Part shown: piece after piece, positions 27,960 through 37,281 of the stretch
Numbering within the stretch: position 1 is the first letter of the stretch
Layout of the letters: the number at the start of each line of letters is the position of its first letter
Source of the DNA: Candidatus Hydrogenedentota bacterium
GTDB lineage: Bacteria > Hydrogenedentota > Hydrogenedentia > Hydrogenedentales > JAEUWI01
Length of the DNA: 64,000 nucleotides
Direction of reading: 5' to 3'
Assembly: GCA_034669905.1 (NCBI GenBank)
Contig: JAXMOL010000012.1
Location: 32,001-96,000 of the forward strand
Position numbers and translations under genes: made by a program
Notes under the pieces: generated by a model
Database searches by the model: none
What the model was told of the DNA's origin: nothing
What the model saw: the letters and a program-made list of their open reading frames with translations, nothing else

Positions 27960-29195
27960 ATGAATTGGATCACGACGAAAACGTACCGCCCGAATAGGAA
28001 TCCGCTGAAGCAGGGTGAATCGGCGCTGCCCTCGCGCCCAGGCCTTTGCTCCAAAGCATCCGTCCATGTTGCATGCGTGGCACTCTGTTTCTTCGCCGCG
28101 ACGCTCTCTATGGCTCATGCAGCCGACAGCAGTGTGACCATCGAATCGAAAAGCACGGTCTTCGATTATGGGAATGCAGACCCCTTCGACCGGGCCAATC
28201 TTTATGGCTTTAATCACGCCGCGAGTGTGGCACAAATGCCCAACGGCGATGTGCTCGCCGCGTGGTTCTCAGGTCCCTTCGAAGGCTCCGTCCATCAGGT
28301 GATCTACGGCGCGCGTTCTACCGACGGTGGGAAAACGTGGGGCCAGGGGCGCGTCCTCCAGGATGACCCGCAGAAATCCGATTTCGACCCCGCCTTCATC
28401 GTTCAAGGGGAGCGGGTTTGGATGTGCTACTCCACCGGTCGGTGGAACCGCTACCCCTTCGCCCAGCAGCGTCCCGGTGAAGATGCCCATATCGGCGCCG
28501 AGTCCTTCAAGATATTCGCCCGCTACTCCGACGATTCAGGTCTCACCTGGTCGGAGGCGACGCGGGTGTTCGACAGCGTGGGCTGGGGGTGCCGGAGCAA
28601 TGGCATTGTGTTGTCCACGGGCGAACTGATACTCCCGACCCACGAATTCCTGACGTGGACCGCTGCGGCCCTGCGCTCCGAAGATGGCGGCAAAACCTGG
28701 ACCCGTTCCACGGAAGTGGCGTTGCCCAAGTCTATCGGTGCGGCCGAGCCCTCCATCGCCGAACTCCGTAACGGCCATCTCATGATGATTCTGCGCAGCC
28801 GTGACGGCGAAATGCGTGCGTGTACCTCCACCGACAAGGGCAAGACCTGGTCCGAACCTGCGAAGCTCGGCGTGCCCGCCGGTAACGCCTCCAGCAACCT
28901 CCTCCGTCTGAACGATGGGCGCCTGCTACTCACCTACAATTCCTCCCTGCCCCCCAACCGCACGGCGTTGTCCATGCGCCTCTCCTCGGATGACGGCAAG
29001 ACCTGGAGTGCTCCGCAGCCACTTGCGGAGACGGCCGTTGCCACCGATGCCGATGCCTTCTGGAGCAAGCAGGTGAGCTATCCTTCCGCCGTGGCATTGC
29101 GCGACGGGACCGTGGTCGTGGTGTGGGGCAATCTCGCGCTCTCACGGGAATGGCAGCCAGGGGTGATTAAGGCGGCGCGGGTTTTGGTGGAGTGA
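27960..29195 (+). CDS. BNR/Asp-box sialidase-family protein (true start probably downstream)
   Basis: Five S.D.G.TW Asp boxes, AAEPSI, SYPS; signal-like segment ending AHA. Confidence 0.85.
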   Translation: MNWITTKTYRPNRNPLKQGESALPSRPGLCSKASVHVACVALCFFAATLSMAHAADSSVTIESKSTVFDYGNADPFDRANLYGFNHAASVAQMPNGDVLAAWFSGPFEGSVHQVIYGARSTDGGKTWGQGRVLQDDPQKSDFDPAFIVQGERVWMCYSTGRWNRYPFAQQRPGEDAHIGAESFKIFARYSDDSGLTWSEATRVFDSVGWGCRSNGIVLSTGELILPTHEFLTWTAAALRSEDGGKTWTRSTEVALPKSIGAAEPSIAELRNGHLMMILRSRDGEMRACTSTDKGKTWSEPAKLGVPAGNASSNLLRLNDGRLLLTYNSSLPPNRTALSMRLSSDDGKTWSAPQPLAETAVATDADAFWSKQVSYPSAVALRDGTVVVVWGNLALSREWQPGVIKAARVLVE

Positions 29196-29305
29196 CGGGC
29201 GCATCCGCCATGGAGGTGCGCGGTTTGTGTTGCGGGGAGACAATGGGGATAACACGGGCCCATGGCAGCGCGTTGGTCCGAATAGAGGGCATGCTCCCGA
29301 CCGGG

Positions 29306-29743
29306 TTATGGTGTGGGCTTGCTCGGAAGTTTGAGCTGCTTCGCAATCGTTTGCAGGAGCTGCATTCTCTGAATGGGCTTTATCAACATCGTGTTCATGC
29401 CGACGTTGTAGCATCGTTCCACATCTTCGGGGGTGTCGCTGGCGGTGAGGGCAACGACCGGGAGGGTACGTCCCCTGGGAGAGCGTCGTAGTGCTGCGGT
29501 CGCCTCCAGGCCGTCCATCACCGGCATATTGACGTCCATCAAAATGAGGTCGTAATCGGTCTGGGAGAAAAGCTCCAGTGCAGCCTCTCCGTTTTTCGCC
29601 ACGTCCAGCGTGGCCGATGTGCCGTCAAGAAAGCCGCGCACGACTTCCTGGTTGACAAAGTTGTCGTCGGCCAGGAGAATGCGAACCCCTTCAAAGGCGG
29701 GGGGGATCGTCGGGGACGTGTGACCGTGTTCGACGCTACTCAT
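29306..29743 (-). CDS. Single-domain response regulator (hybrid-kinase-type REC)
   Basis: ILLADDNFVNQ, DLILMDVNMPVMDGLEAT, ALTA, IKP. Confidence 0.85.
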   Translation of the reverse strand: MSSVEHGHTSPTIPPAFEGVRILLADDNFVNQEVVRGFLDGTSATLDVAKNGEAALELFSQTDYDLILMDVNMPVMDGLEATAALRRSPRGRTLPVVALTASDTPEDVERCYNVGMNTMLIKPIQRMQLLQTIAKQLKLPSKPTP

Positions 29744-30158
29744 GTTGTGGGTGGCCGTCCCGGGAAAGCTGTTCCCAGTCAATCGAATTCAAGGCATTCA
29801 GGGTGGCGTGGCCCAAGGTGGCAAGTCGCGCTACCTGGGCGGGCAGCTCCTCGGTGTTGTCCGTCCTGCAGAGCAGTTCGGTGCGCTCGGCCTGTTCACG
29901 AAAGGCTTCGGCACCCACATAGCTGGCATGGGTTTTCAGCGTATGGGCTGCCCGTTCGAGGGTTTCGCGGTCGGCCCCTTCGTGTCCCAGTTCCAGATTC
30001 GAAAGGAGGGGGGGGATCTCATCCACAATCAGGCCAATGATGCGTTCGGCGCTCTCCATAGACCCGGCCGTGAATTGCAGAATGGTGGCCAGGGAGAAGG
30101 TGGGCGTGACATCGGGCATGGCGGCGTTTTTGGCGGCTTCCTGGGAGTCTGTGTTCAT
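29736..30158 (-). CDS. HPt phosphotransfer domain protein
   Basis: LERAAHTLK...SYVGA motif. Confidence 0.75.
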   Translation of the reverse strand: MNTDSQEAAKNAAMPDVTPTFSLATILQFTAGSMESAERIIGLIVDEIPPLLSNLELGHEGADRETLERAAHTLKTHASYVGAEAFREQAERTELLCRTDNTEELPAQVARLATLGHATLNALNSIDWEQLSRDGHPQHE

Positions 30159-30326
30159 AGGCGGTATCTTCTAAGCGGTTTGCCCCCAAAGGGTGGCCTG
30201 CAGGTTTCTCAAGACGATGGTGGGCCTTCTCGGCGTGTTCTGCTTATTTTATGGTAACAGCAAGCGCGCGATTTCGCCAATAGCGGTAATCCGCTCGCGA
30301 ACATTCGGGTGTGTTGCCCGGTGTGT

Positions 30327-30887
30327 TCACGGGCGGTTCTCCATTTTCCGTAAAATAGCGTCCTCGAGGCCTTTTTCAAGGTAGCGGTCATTCAGACCCA
30401 GAAAGTCGTGGATATAAGGAGCCTTAAAGACCAGATCGGGGCTGATTTGGTTGGATTCGCGCAGTTGCTCGAGTTCGTGTTCGATGACATCCTCGGGCTC
30501 TTGGGAGAGGGCAGCGCGCTCGTAGAGCATGGCGTCGATCTTCTTTCGCAAGGTGCGTACGCTTCAGCGCTCAATGCGGCACATTTCGGCATAGAAGTCG
30601 CGCTGGAGGGGTTGTTTGAGATAGATGATCTCTTTGAAGTGAGACCAGCTCAATTATCTCGACAGTGTAGAGACTATTTTTGCGCCATATTCCCCGCGTT
30701 CTCCGCCAAGTATTTCGGCGTTGATGCGTTCGCCGACATGCCAATACAGTATGGTCAGACCGGCGTTGACGGTCGCGGAGACTACGGACTTGGTGCGGTC
30801 GATGAGAGCTCGCAAATCATTCAGCAGATTGTCTAGTGCGACTTCCTGAACTTGGCTGGGAGATGGTTTGTTTGGCTTGTTCTTCAT
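30327..30887 (-). pseudogene. Decayed YhcG/DUF1016 PD-(D/E)XK nuclease gene
   Basis: VN..L..LYW.VG, RGEYG, LSWSHF, RDFYAEMC, PY..DFLGL all in one frame with two internal stops (TAA 30654-30656, TGA ~30564-30566); C-terminal nuclease half missing. Confidence 0.85.
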
Positions 30888-30970
30888 GGCAGGCCTTTCA
30901 AGGTTACTCGGAGTGGCACTTAGCGAATCGTATCGTACTTCCTTTGCTCTTGGTTGTCTTGTGGGGGGGG

Positions 30971-33900
30971 CTAGTGAAAATTCCGACTTTTCGTTTCCTC
31001 CGTGGTCAGTTTGGTCTCCGGCACCCACAAATCCTCCGCGACGAGGTGGGTAACGCCCGATTGCACCTGGAGCTTTCCCGTGACCCCGAGGAAGGGCTGG
31101 GTCTTCACGAGGGTCTTGTGCTTTTTGTAGACCGCCTCCCAGATCACCAGGTTGACGAGGCCGCTTTCGTCTTCGAGGGTCATGAAGACGACGCCGTTGG
31201 CGGTGCCGGGGCGTTGGCGGCAGATGACGAGGCCGGCGTAGCGGGTGCGGGTGCCGTTTTTCAGCGTACCGATGGTGGCCGCGTCGGGGAGGCCCTGGGC
31301 GCTGAGTGTTTCGCGGTAGGGGCTGATGGGATGACCGTGGGTGCTGTGGCCCGTGAAGGCATAGTCCCAATGGATGGCTTCGGCAGCGTGAAGGGGCGTG
31401 AGCGGCGCGTCGGCTTCCGGGGTCTGGACGTTGAGCTGGGTGTGGAGGTCGCGGTCGAGGCCGAGGGTTTTCCAGAGGGCGCTGCGGCGATCGTGTTGGA
31501 AGGCGGCAAAGGCTCCGGCTTCGGCGAGGCGGGTGAGGGCGCCGTGGTGGAGCCGGGTGCGCAGGGCGAAGTCTTCGAGGGAGTCGAAGGGGGCGTCGTT
31601 ACGCGCGGTGACGATACGCTGCCCTTCCGATTCCTGGAGGCCCTTGACGTAGCGGAGGCCCATCCTGGTTGAGAGTTGACAGTTGATGGTTGATAGCGTT
31701 TTTTGCTGCGATACGTTTCCTGGACTGTAATCCGTGGCCGATTCTCTCACCAAGAGTGTGTGGGCCAGGGGGGGGGCGTTTTCTTGGGGGGCGTGGCTGT
31801 GGCCTTTGTCGTTTAGGTCCTTTCCGTCCTTTAGGTCTTTGTTTTTGCCTCTGGCGGACGCTTTGCGCCGTTCCAGTAGTTTGTCCTGCGCTTGGTCATG
31901 CGCCGTTTTTTCTTCATGCACTATTCTCCATTCACTATTCCCTTTTTCCAACGTGCAATCCCAATCGCTGAACAACACGTCGATGGGCAACACGTCTACG
32001 CCGTGGCGTTTGCTGTCTTCCACGAGGGTGGCGGGGCTGTAGAAGCCCATGGGCTGGGCGTTGAGCATGGCGCAGAGGAAGGCGGACGGGTAGTGCTGTT
32101 TGAGCCAGGCGGTGGCGTAGGCGATGAGGGCAAAGCTGGCGGCATGGCTTTCGGGGAAGCCGTATTCGCCGAAGCCCTGGATCTGCTCGAAGACCCGTTC
32201 GGCGAATTCGCGGGCGATGCCCTTTTTCATCATGCGCGAGACCAGGCGGTCGCGATGGCGCAGGATGCGGCCACTCTTTTTCCAGGCGGCCATGTCACGG
32301 CGGAGCTGGTCGGCTTCGCCGGGGGTGTAGTCGGCGGCCACCATGGCAAGCTGCATGACCTGCTCCTGGAAGAGCGGGATGCCGAGGGTTTTCTTGAGGA
32401 CGGGTTCGAGGCAGGGATGGGGGTAGGTCACTTCCTCTTCGCCGTTCCGCCGGCGGAGGTAGGGGTGGACCATGCCGCCGGTGATGGGACCGGGGCGTAC
32501 GATGCTGACTTCGATGACGAGGTCGTAGTAGTTGCGCGGACGGAGTCGGGGCAGCATGGCCATCTGGGCGCGGCTCTCGATCTGGAAGACGCCCACCGTG
32601 TCGCCCTCCTGAATCTGGGCAAAAGTCGCCGCGTCGTCGGGTGGGATGGTGGCGAGGGTCCATTCCTCGCCGTGGTGTGCCTCAATGAGGTCAAAGGCCT
32701 TGTGCACCACGTTCAGGGCGCCCAGGCCGAGGAGGTCCACCTTGAAAAGGCCGAGCTCCTCGATGTCATCTTTGTCCCACTGGATGACCGTGCGATCCGC
32801 CATGGTGCCGTTTTCGATGGGCACGAGGCTGTGCACCGGCTCATGGCCCAAGAGAAATCCCCCGGGGTGGATGGAGAGGTGGCGGGGCACGTCTTCGATC
32901 TCCTGCGTCAGGCGGAGCAAGTGGCTGTGGGCCGGATTGTCGGGGTCGAAGCCCGCCGCGCGGAGGGTTTCTGCCGTGGGGAAATCGTGGTGGGAGAGGA
33001 GCTTGGCCAGCCGTTCCAGGGCTGTTTCGGGCAGACCGAGGACCTTCCCCACATCGCGGACGGCCGACTTGGCGCGGTAGCGAATGAAGTTGGCCACCAT
33101 GGCGGCATGGGTGCGGCCGTAATGGTGGTAGACATGCTGGATGGCCTCTTCGCGGCGGTTGTGCTCGATATCGAGATCGATGTCGGGCGGCTCATTGCGC
33201 TCGCGGGAGAGGAAGCGCTCAAAGAGGAGGCCCATGCGGACGGGGTCCACGGCGGTGATGCCGAGGCAATAGCAAACGGCCGAGTTGGCCGCCGATCCGC
33301 GCCCCTGACAGAGGATGCCTTCGCGCCGACAAAACTGGACGATCTCCCACATGGTGAGGAAGTAGCCTTCGAACTGGAGTTCGTGGATGAGGTCGAGTTC
33401 TTTGTCCACCTGGGCGCACACATCGTCGGGTATGCCCTCGGGGTAGCGGGTGGCGGCCCCGGCGTAGGTGAGATCGCGAAAATGATGGGCGGCGTCCCGG
33501 CCATCGGGCAGCTTCTCCACGGGGTAGCGGTAGGTGATTTCGGCGAGGGAAAAGGTGCAGCGCGCCGCCACGATCTCGGTAGCTTCCAGGGCCAGGGGGT
33601 CGTCTGAATAAAGTTCCGCGAAGCCATGGGGGGCCCGGAGGTAGTGCTCGTCGTTGGGATGGATGGAGGTGCCCGCCGTGCGGAGGGTGACCCCGTGGCG
33701 GATGCAGGTGAGCACGTCTTGCAGGGGGCGGCGCGTGGGCGTGTGGTAGAGGACCTCCATCCCGGCGACGAGGGGGAGGTCGAGGACCCGTGCCCGTTCC
33801 CGGAGGCGGTATTCCCGTCGGGCATCATGGGTTTCCCGGTGGCGAGTGAGGAGGGCGTAGAGGCGATCTCCAAAGGCATCGCGGAGCATGGCCGCCTCCG

Positions 33901-34357
33901 GTCCCGGCGGGGTATCGGCGAGGAGGCGGCTCCCCACGCCGCCCCACAAGGCAATAAGGCCCGGCGCATGTTCGCAGACCTCGGTCCACGTGACCTGACT
34001 CGTGCCCTTGGGACAACGAAGACGTCCCGTCGAGATAAGCTGACAGAGATGGGCGTAGCCGCTGCGGTTCATAGCGAGGAGGATGATGCGGGTGCCGTCG
34101 TCGATGGAGACTTCGGCCCCGGCAATGAGATGGATGCCCAGTTCCTGGGCCCGCTTGTGGGCGCGGACGAGTCCGTAGACGCCATCGCGATCGGTGAGTG
34201 CGAGGGAGCGGATGCCGAGGCGGTGGGCTTCTTCCACGAGTTCGTCGGGGTGGCTGGCTCCTTCGAGGAAGGAGTAGACGCTCTTGCACCAGAGGGGGGC
34301 GTAGATAGTTGACCGTTGATAGTGGACAGTGGATAGTTGTTGGGGTGTTTTCTTCAT
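30971..34357 (-). CDS. dnaE2: Error-prone DNA polymerase III alpha DnaE2 (ImuC)
   Basis: SVYSFLEGASHP, GRGSAANS, EPPDIDLD, FGEYGFPESHA, RQRPGTA, C-terminal SRNFH. Confidence 0.95.
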   Translation of the reverse strand: MKKTPQQLSTVHYQRSTIYAPLWCKSVYSFLEGASHPDELVEEAHRLGIRSLALTDRDGVYGLVRAHKRAQELGIHLIAGAEVSIDDGTRIILLAMNRSGYAHLCQLISTGRLRCPKGTSQVTWTEVCEHAPGLIALWGGVGSRLLADTPPGPEAAMLRDAFGDRLYALLTRHRETHDARREYRLRERARVLDLPLVAGMEVLYHTPTRRPLQDVLTCIRHGVTLRTAGTSIHPNDEHYLRAPHGFAELYSDDPLALEATEIVAARCTFSLAEITYRYPVEKLPDGRDAAHHFRDLTYAGAATRYPEGIPDDVCAQVDKELDLIHELQFEGYFLTMWEIVQFCRREGILCQGRGSAANSAVCYCLGITAVDPVRMGLLFERFLSRERNEPPDIDLDIEHNRREEAIQHVYHHYGRTHAAMVANFIRYRAKSAVRDVGKVLGLPETALERLAKLLSHHDFPTAETLRAAGFDPDNPAHSHLLRLTQEIEDVPRHLSIHPGGFLLGHEPVHSLVPIENGTMADRTVIQWDKDDIEELGLFKVDLLGLGALNVVHKAFDLIEAHHGEEWTLATIPPDDAATFAQIQEGDTVGVFQIESRAQMAMLPRLRPRNYYDLVIEVSIVRPGPITGGMVHPYLRRRNGEEEVTYPHPCLEPVLKKTLGIPLFQEQVMQLAMVAADYTPGEADQLRRDMAAWKKSGRILRHRDRLVSRMMKKGIAREFAERVFEQIQGFGEYGFPESHAASFALIAYATAWLKQHYPSAFLCAMLNAQPMGFYSPATLVEDSKRHGVDVLPIDVLFSDWDCTLEKGNSEWRIVHEEKTAHDQAQDKLLERRKASARGKNKDLKDGKDLNDKGHSHAPQENAPPLAHTLLVRESATDYSPGNVSQQKTLSTINCQLSTRMGLRYVKGLQESEGQRIVTARNDAPFDSLEDFALRTRLHHGALTRLAEAGAFAAFQHDRRSALWKTLGLDRDLHTQLNVQTPEADAPLTPLHAAEAIHWDYAFTGHSTHGHPISPYRETLSAQGLPDAATIGTLKNGTRTRYAGLVICRQRPGTANGVVFMTLEDESGLVNLVIWEAVYKKHKTLVKTQPFLGVTGKLQVQSGVTHLVAEDLWVPETKLTTEETKSRNFH

Positions 34358-34883
34358 GGGCGGTGACCTGGAAAGGACCTGAGGGACCAGCTTAACGTGA
34401 AGGCCTGAAGAAGGGAACCACGAATGGACCTGGCGCAGCCGTTGGCTCCAACGAAGATGAAGTCGCGCGTCATTCCCGTGAAGGTGGGGATGACGGCACG
34501 GGCGAACGCTTTTGGATAAGGGGGTATGGCGTGACCGTCTACGGAATCTTTACGGAAAAGCAGGCGCTTCATAGTTCGTAGTACAAATGAACACGAATAG
34601 CCAGCAAGATAGACTTGAGGAAGACTTGGTTGCCTATCTTGTATGTGTGTGGCTTTTAGCCACGAAGTGGCGACATATCGTAGCCCAGGCGCGAAGCGAA
34701 GCGAGCCCTGGGTTAAGAGGATTCCCCAAGACATAGCCCTGAAAGGGCGACATAGGATATTTCTCTTCAGGGCCAAGGGCCCGACCCCATACCAGCATGG
34801 GGCAACGCCCCATGACACCGGGTCACCCAACGGACATAGGGCTGAAAGCCCGGCCCGTAGACTCGCAGAGCGCTTGCTCATCC
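34358..34883. repeat. Mosaic of REP-like palindromes between imuB and dnaE2
   Basis: cgtcattcccgtgaaggtggggatgacg; cccagg...cctggg; gccctgaaagggc; catggggcaacgccccatg; gggctgaaagccc; aatgaacacgaat. Confidence 0.7.
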
Positions 34884-36368
34884 TCATTGCACTTCACCCT
34901 GTAAAAACCAGCGTCGTCGCTTGGTGTCGTGGTAGATCCAAAACCACCGGTTGCTGCGGGTGCGCACGTAGTAATAGCTGCGGGCCACTTCCTTGTGCCA
35001 CCAGCCGCCCGTGATGCATTGGGGGCCGATGACTTCTTCCACGGGGCCTTCGGATACACCCGCGATGAGCCACCCATCGGGTTCGTGGCGCTGCCGGGGG
35101 GGCAGGGCGATGGCCGGACGGTAAATACGGCGGATGAGAGGCGCGGAACTGACGGCAGTGGGTCGGGGACGGGGTAACTCGGTGAGGGTCTCCCAACGGT
35201 ACTGGGCTTCTGGTAAGTGCCCGGCATGGAGGCGCGCCACGACGACGGAATCATTGCCCAACTCGGCCCGGATCTTCGCAAAGGCACGGTGGGCCGCTTC
35301 CACATTGCGGCGGGGGGCTTCCTGGAAGAGGTCCGTCTGACGTTGGGTGATAGGTTGGCCCACGGCGCGGGCGGCCAGCTCCACCACACCCGAAGGAAAG
35401 CTCCGCTGCTCCAGGTGGAGACGGGTCAGGTTGAGGATCTGATTCATGTCCGCTGTGGGCGTCGCCGGGGAGACATCCCCTTTTTCTTCGTCCCCATTAT
35501 CCAGCGTGAATTGCCAGTGGAGCGTTTTCAGCAACTCGTGGTATTCCGCCAGCTCCGACAAGAGGGCGCGGAGCATATCCGCGAGATAGGCCAGGAGCCG
35601 TCCGCAGTCACTCTCCGGGTAGTCCAGCATTTTCGTGCAGGTAACCGGTTCGCGCAGGGGCACGGGCTGGAGGGGTGTCCAGTCGGTGCCCTTGGCGAGT
35701 TGATAGAGGGCTTCCGCCTCCGCGCCAAAGCGCTTGCGCAGGCCCCGCTCGGGCAGGGTGAGAAACTGGCCGATGGTCTCCACACCCAACTTATGGAGGG
35801 TGTCCTGCAGGTTCACCTGGAGCCGCAAATGACTCATGGGCACGTTGTCCACATGGGCCTGTTCCTCGGCGGGCGTGGCAAAGACGATATTCTCCCGGTT
35901 GGCCCGGGCCGCCGCATAACTCCCAAAACGGCTGAAGCCCACGGCGATGGTTGCCCGGATGCCCACGCTGCGGAGATAGTCCCGCACGGTGCTGGCCCAT
36001 TCCGAAAGGGACGGGTAGACGATGGCCATGCCCGAGACATCGGCCCAGAAGACGCCCGTTTCCTGGGGCGCGGGCTCGATGCGGGGACTGAAATCCCACA
36101 GGCGCCGGGTGATGGCCGTCGCCGCCTCCGCCACGGTCTGGGGATCGATTTCGCCGCCCCGCAGTTCGGGAGCCAGGGCGAGGCCTGCGGCATAGCGCAT
36201 GCCGGGGAAGATACGGAATTCCCGCGCGGCCGTGTTGGTCCATTGGATCACGCCGTTGGGTTTATCCCGATCGACCACGACCACCGGTTGGCGTTGCCAA
36301 TCGGGGTGGGCGCGCACCAGCAACTGCAAGGGCAGCGCGGGGCAATTAACACAGGCCGTCCGGTCCAT
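34884..36368 (-). CDS. imuB: ImuB, catalytically inactive Y-family polymerase
   Basis: Y-family N-terminus lacking catalytic acids, PGM..A.GLA, FSPRIE, E.IGP...GGWW..RSYY, WFLQG. Confidence 0.9.
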   Translation of the reverse strand: MDRTACVNCPALPLQLLVRAHPDWQRQPVVVVDRDKPNGVIQWTNTAAREFRIFPGMRYAAGLALAPELRGGEIDPQTVAEAATAITRRLWDFSPRIEPAPQETGVFWADVSGMAIVYPSLSEWASTVRDYLRSVGIRATIAVGFSRFGSYAAARANRENIVFATPAEEQAHVDNVPMSHLRLQVNLQDTLHKLGVETIGQFLTLPERGLRKRFGAEAEALYQLAKGTDWTPLQPVPLREPVTCTKMLDYPESDCGRLLAYLADMLRALLSELAEYHELLKTLHWQFTLDNGDEEKGDVSPATPTADMNQILNLTRLHLEQRSFPSGVVELAARAVGQPITQRQTDLFQEAPRRNVEAAHRAFAKIRAELGNDSVVVARLHAGHLPEAQYRWETLTELPRPRPTAVSSAPLIRRIYRPAIALPPRQRHEPDGWLIAGVSEGPVEEVIGPQCITGGWWHKEVARSYYYVRTRSNRWFWIYHDTKRRRWFLQGEVQ

Positions 36369-36987
36369 GACGAAGCTCCTCGTGGGTCCAGCCCGGGGTC
36401 TGGCGTTTGTCTTTCACCGCCCGCAGTCCGCAGGCAAAACAATCGTGGCCGACCCGGTGTTGTTGCGTCGCCCCGCGCAGGGAAACCAGCGAACCCCGAG
36501 AGGCCTGTTCGCCCGGTTGACGGAGGGTGACCAGGGCCGTGTGGTGCTGCTGGGCCAGGCCCACCAGCCGCGTCTGGAGCGCGAGGGGGAAAGCCTGGCC
36601 ATCCACATCCAGGACCAGCACGGCGAAGCTCCCCGAGCGGAGGAGGGTGTCGGCGATGCGGGCCGCCTTCGGTGCATCGGGCGCACGGACGACCGGCAAG
36701 GCGGCGAGATCCACTCCCGAGGCCGCCAGGTCGGGCGGAAAAAAGAGGCGGCCAGCTCCGGCGATCCAGGCGGCAAGGCCTTCCTGTTCCTGGGCTTCCC
36801 GGAGGAGGCGGGCGACGAGGCTCAGGGTGGCCATGCCCGATTCCGGGGTGGGGTCCAGGGCCGTGAAACGCCCGGCGGCGGTGGTGAGGGACCAACCTTC
36901 CGGGGCGGCGCAGTGGGTGCGTCGGTCCAGCAGGGTGGTGGCGGTGATGATGTCGGCGATGGAGGTGGGGGCAATAGCCGTGGCCAT
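36346..36987 (-). CDS. imuA: ImuA, RecA-like accessory protein
   Basis: AAWI..FFPPDLAASGVDL, LLRSGSFAVLVLD; first gene of cassette; AAGGAG RBS. Confidence 0.85.
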   Translation of the reverse strand: MATAIAPTSIADIITATTLLDRRTHCAAPEGWSLTTAAGRFTALDPTPESGMATLSLVARLLREAQEQEGLAAWIAGAGRLFFPPDLAASGVDLAALPVVRAPDAPKAARIADTLLRSGSFAVLVLDVDGQAFPLALQTRLVGLAQQHHTALVTLRQPGEQASRGSLVSLRGATQQHRVGHDCFACGLRAVKDKRQTPGWTHEELRHGPDGLC

Positions 36988-37022
36988 GGAGAGGCTCCTT
37001 TGGGTGCTTGACTTTTTCTTAT

Positions 37023-37051
37023 AGTGTACTGAAAATAGATTCAGTTGTAAA
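37023..37051 (-). promoter_or_regulatory. Sigma70 promoter of imuA with candidate LexA box in the spacer
   Basis: TTTACA-17 nt-TACACT; palindrome ACTGAA-N6-TTCAGT at 37028-37045. Confidence 0.75.
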
Positions 37052-37281
37052 GGACGCGATAAGATCACAGCACGCGAACCAGAAACCGGAAAAGGACCTA
37101 AAGGACTTAAACGACAAAAAGGACAGCTTGAGCAACAACACGAGGCTGGGTTGGGCAAAAAAGTTATCGCAGTGACTGCGGGGCCTTGGAAAGCCCTTGC
37201 TTCAACGCCATTGGCTTGGTCTCTCTTGTCGTTTACGTCCTTTCCCTCCTTTAGGTCCTTTAACCCCCAGAGGAGCCCATC

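Noticed and set aside
30564..30656. Stop-codon reassignment (TGA=Trp, TAA=Gln) in yhcG
   Set aside because: Many intact genes here end at TGA or TAA, and the gene is also deleted and truncated
31665..31945. Intein in DnaE2
   Set aside because: Too short, with no Cys/Ser start or His-Asn end; sequence is repeat-derived
31892..33607. Long antisense ORFs (also 35217-36530, 38224-39741, 60542-62035)
   Set aside because: Shadow ORFs opposite well-supported genes in GC-rich DNA, with no recognisable motifs
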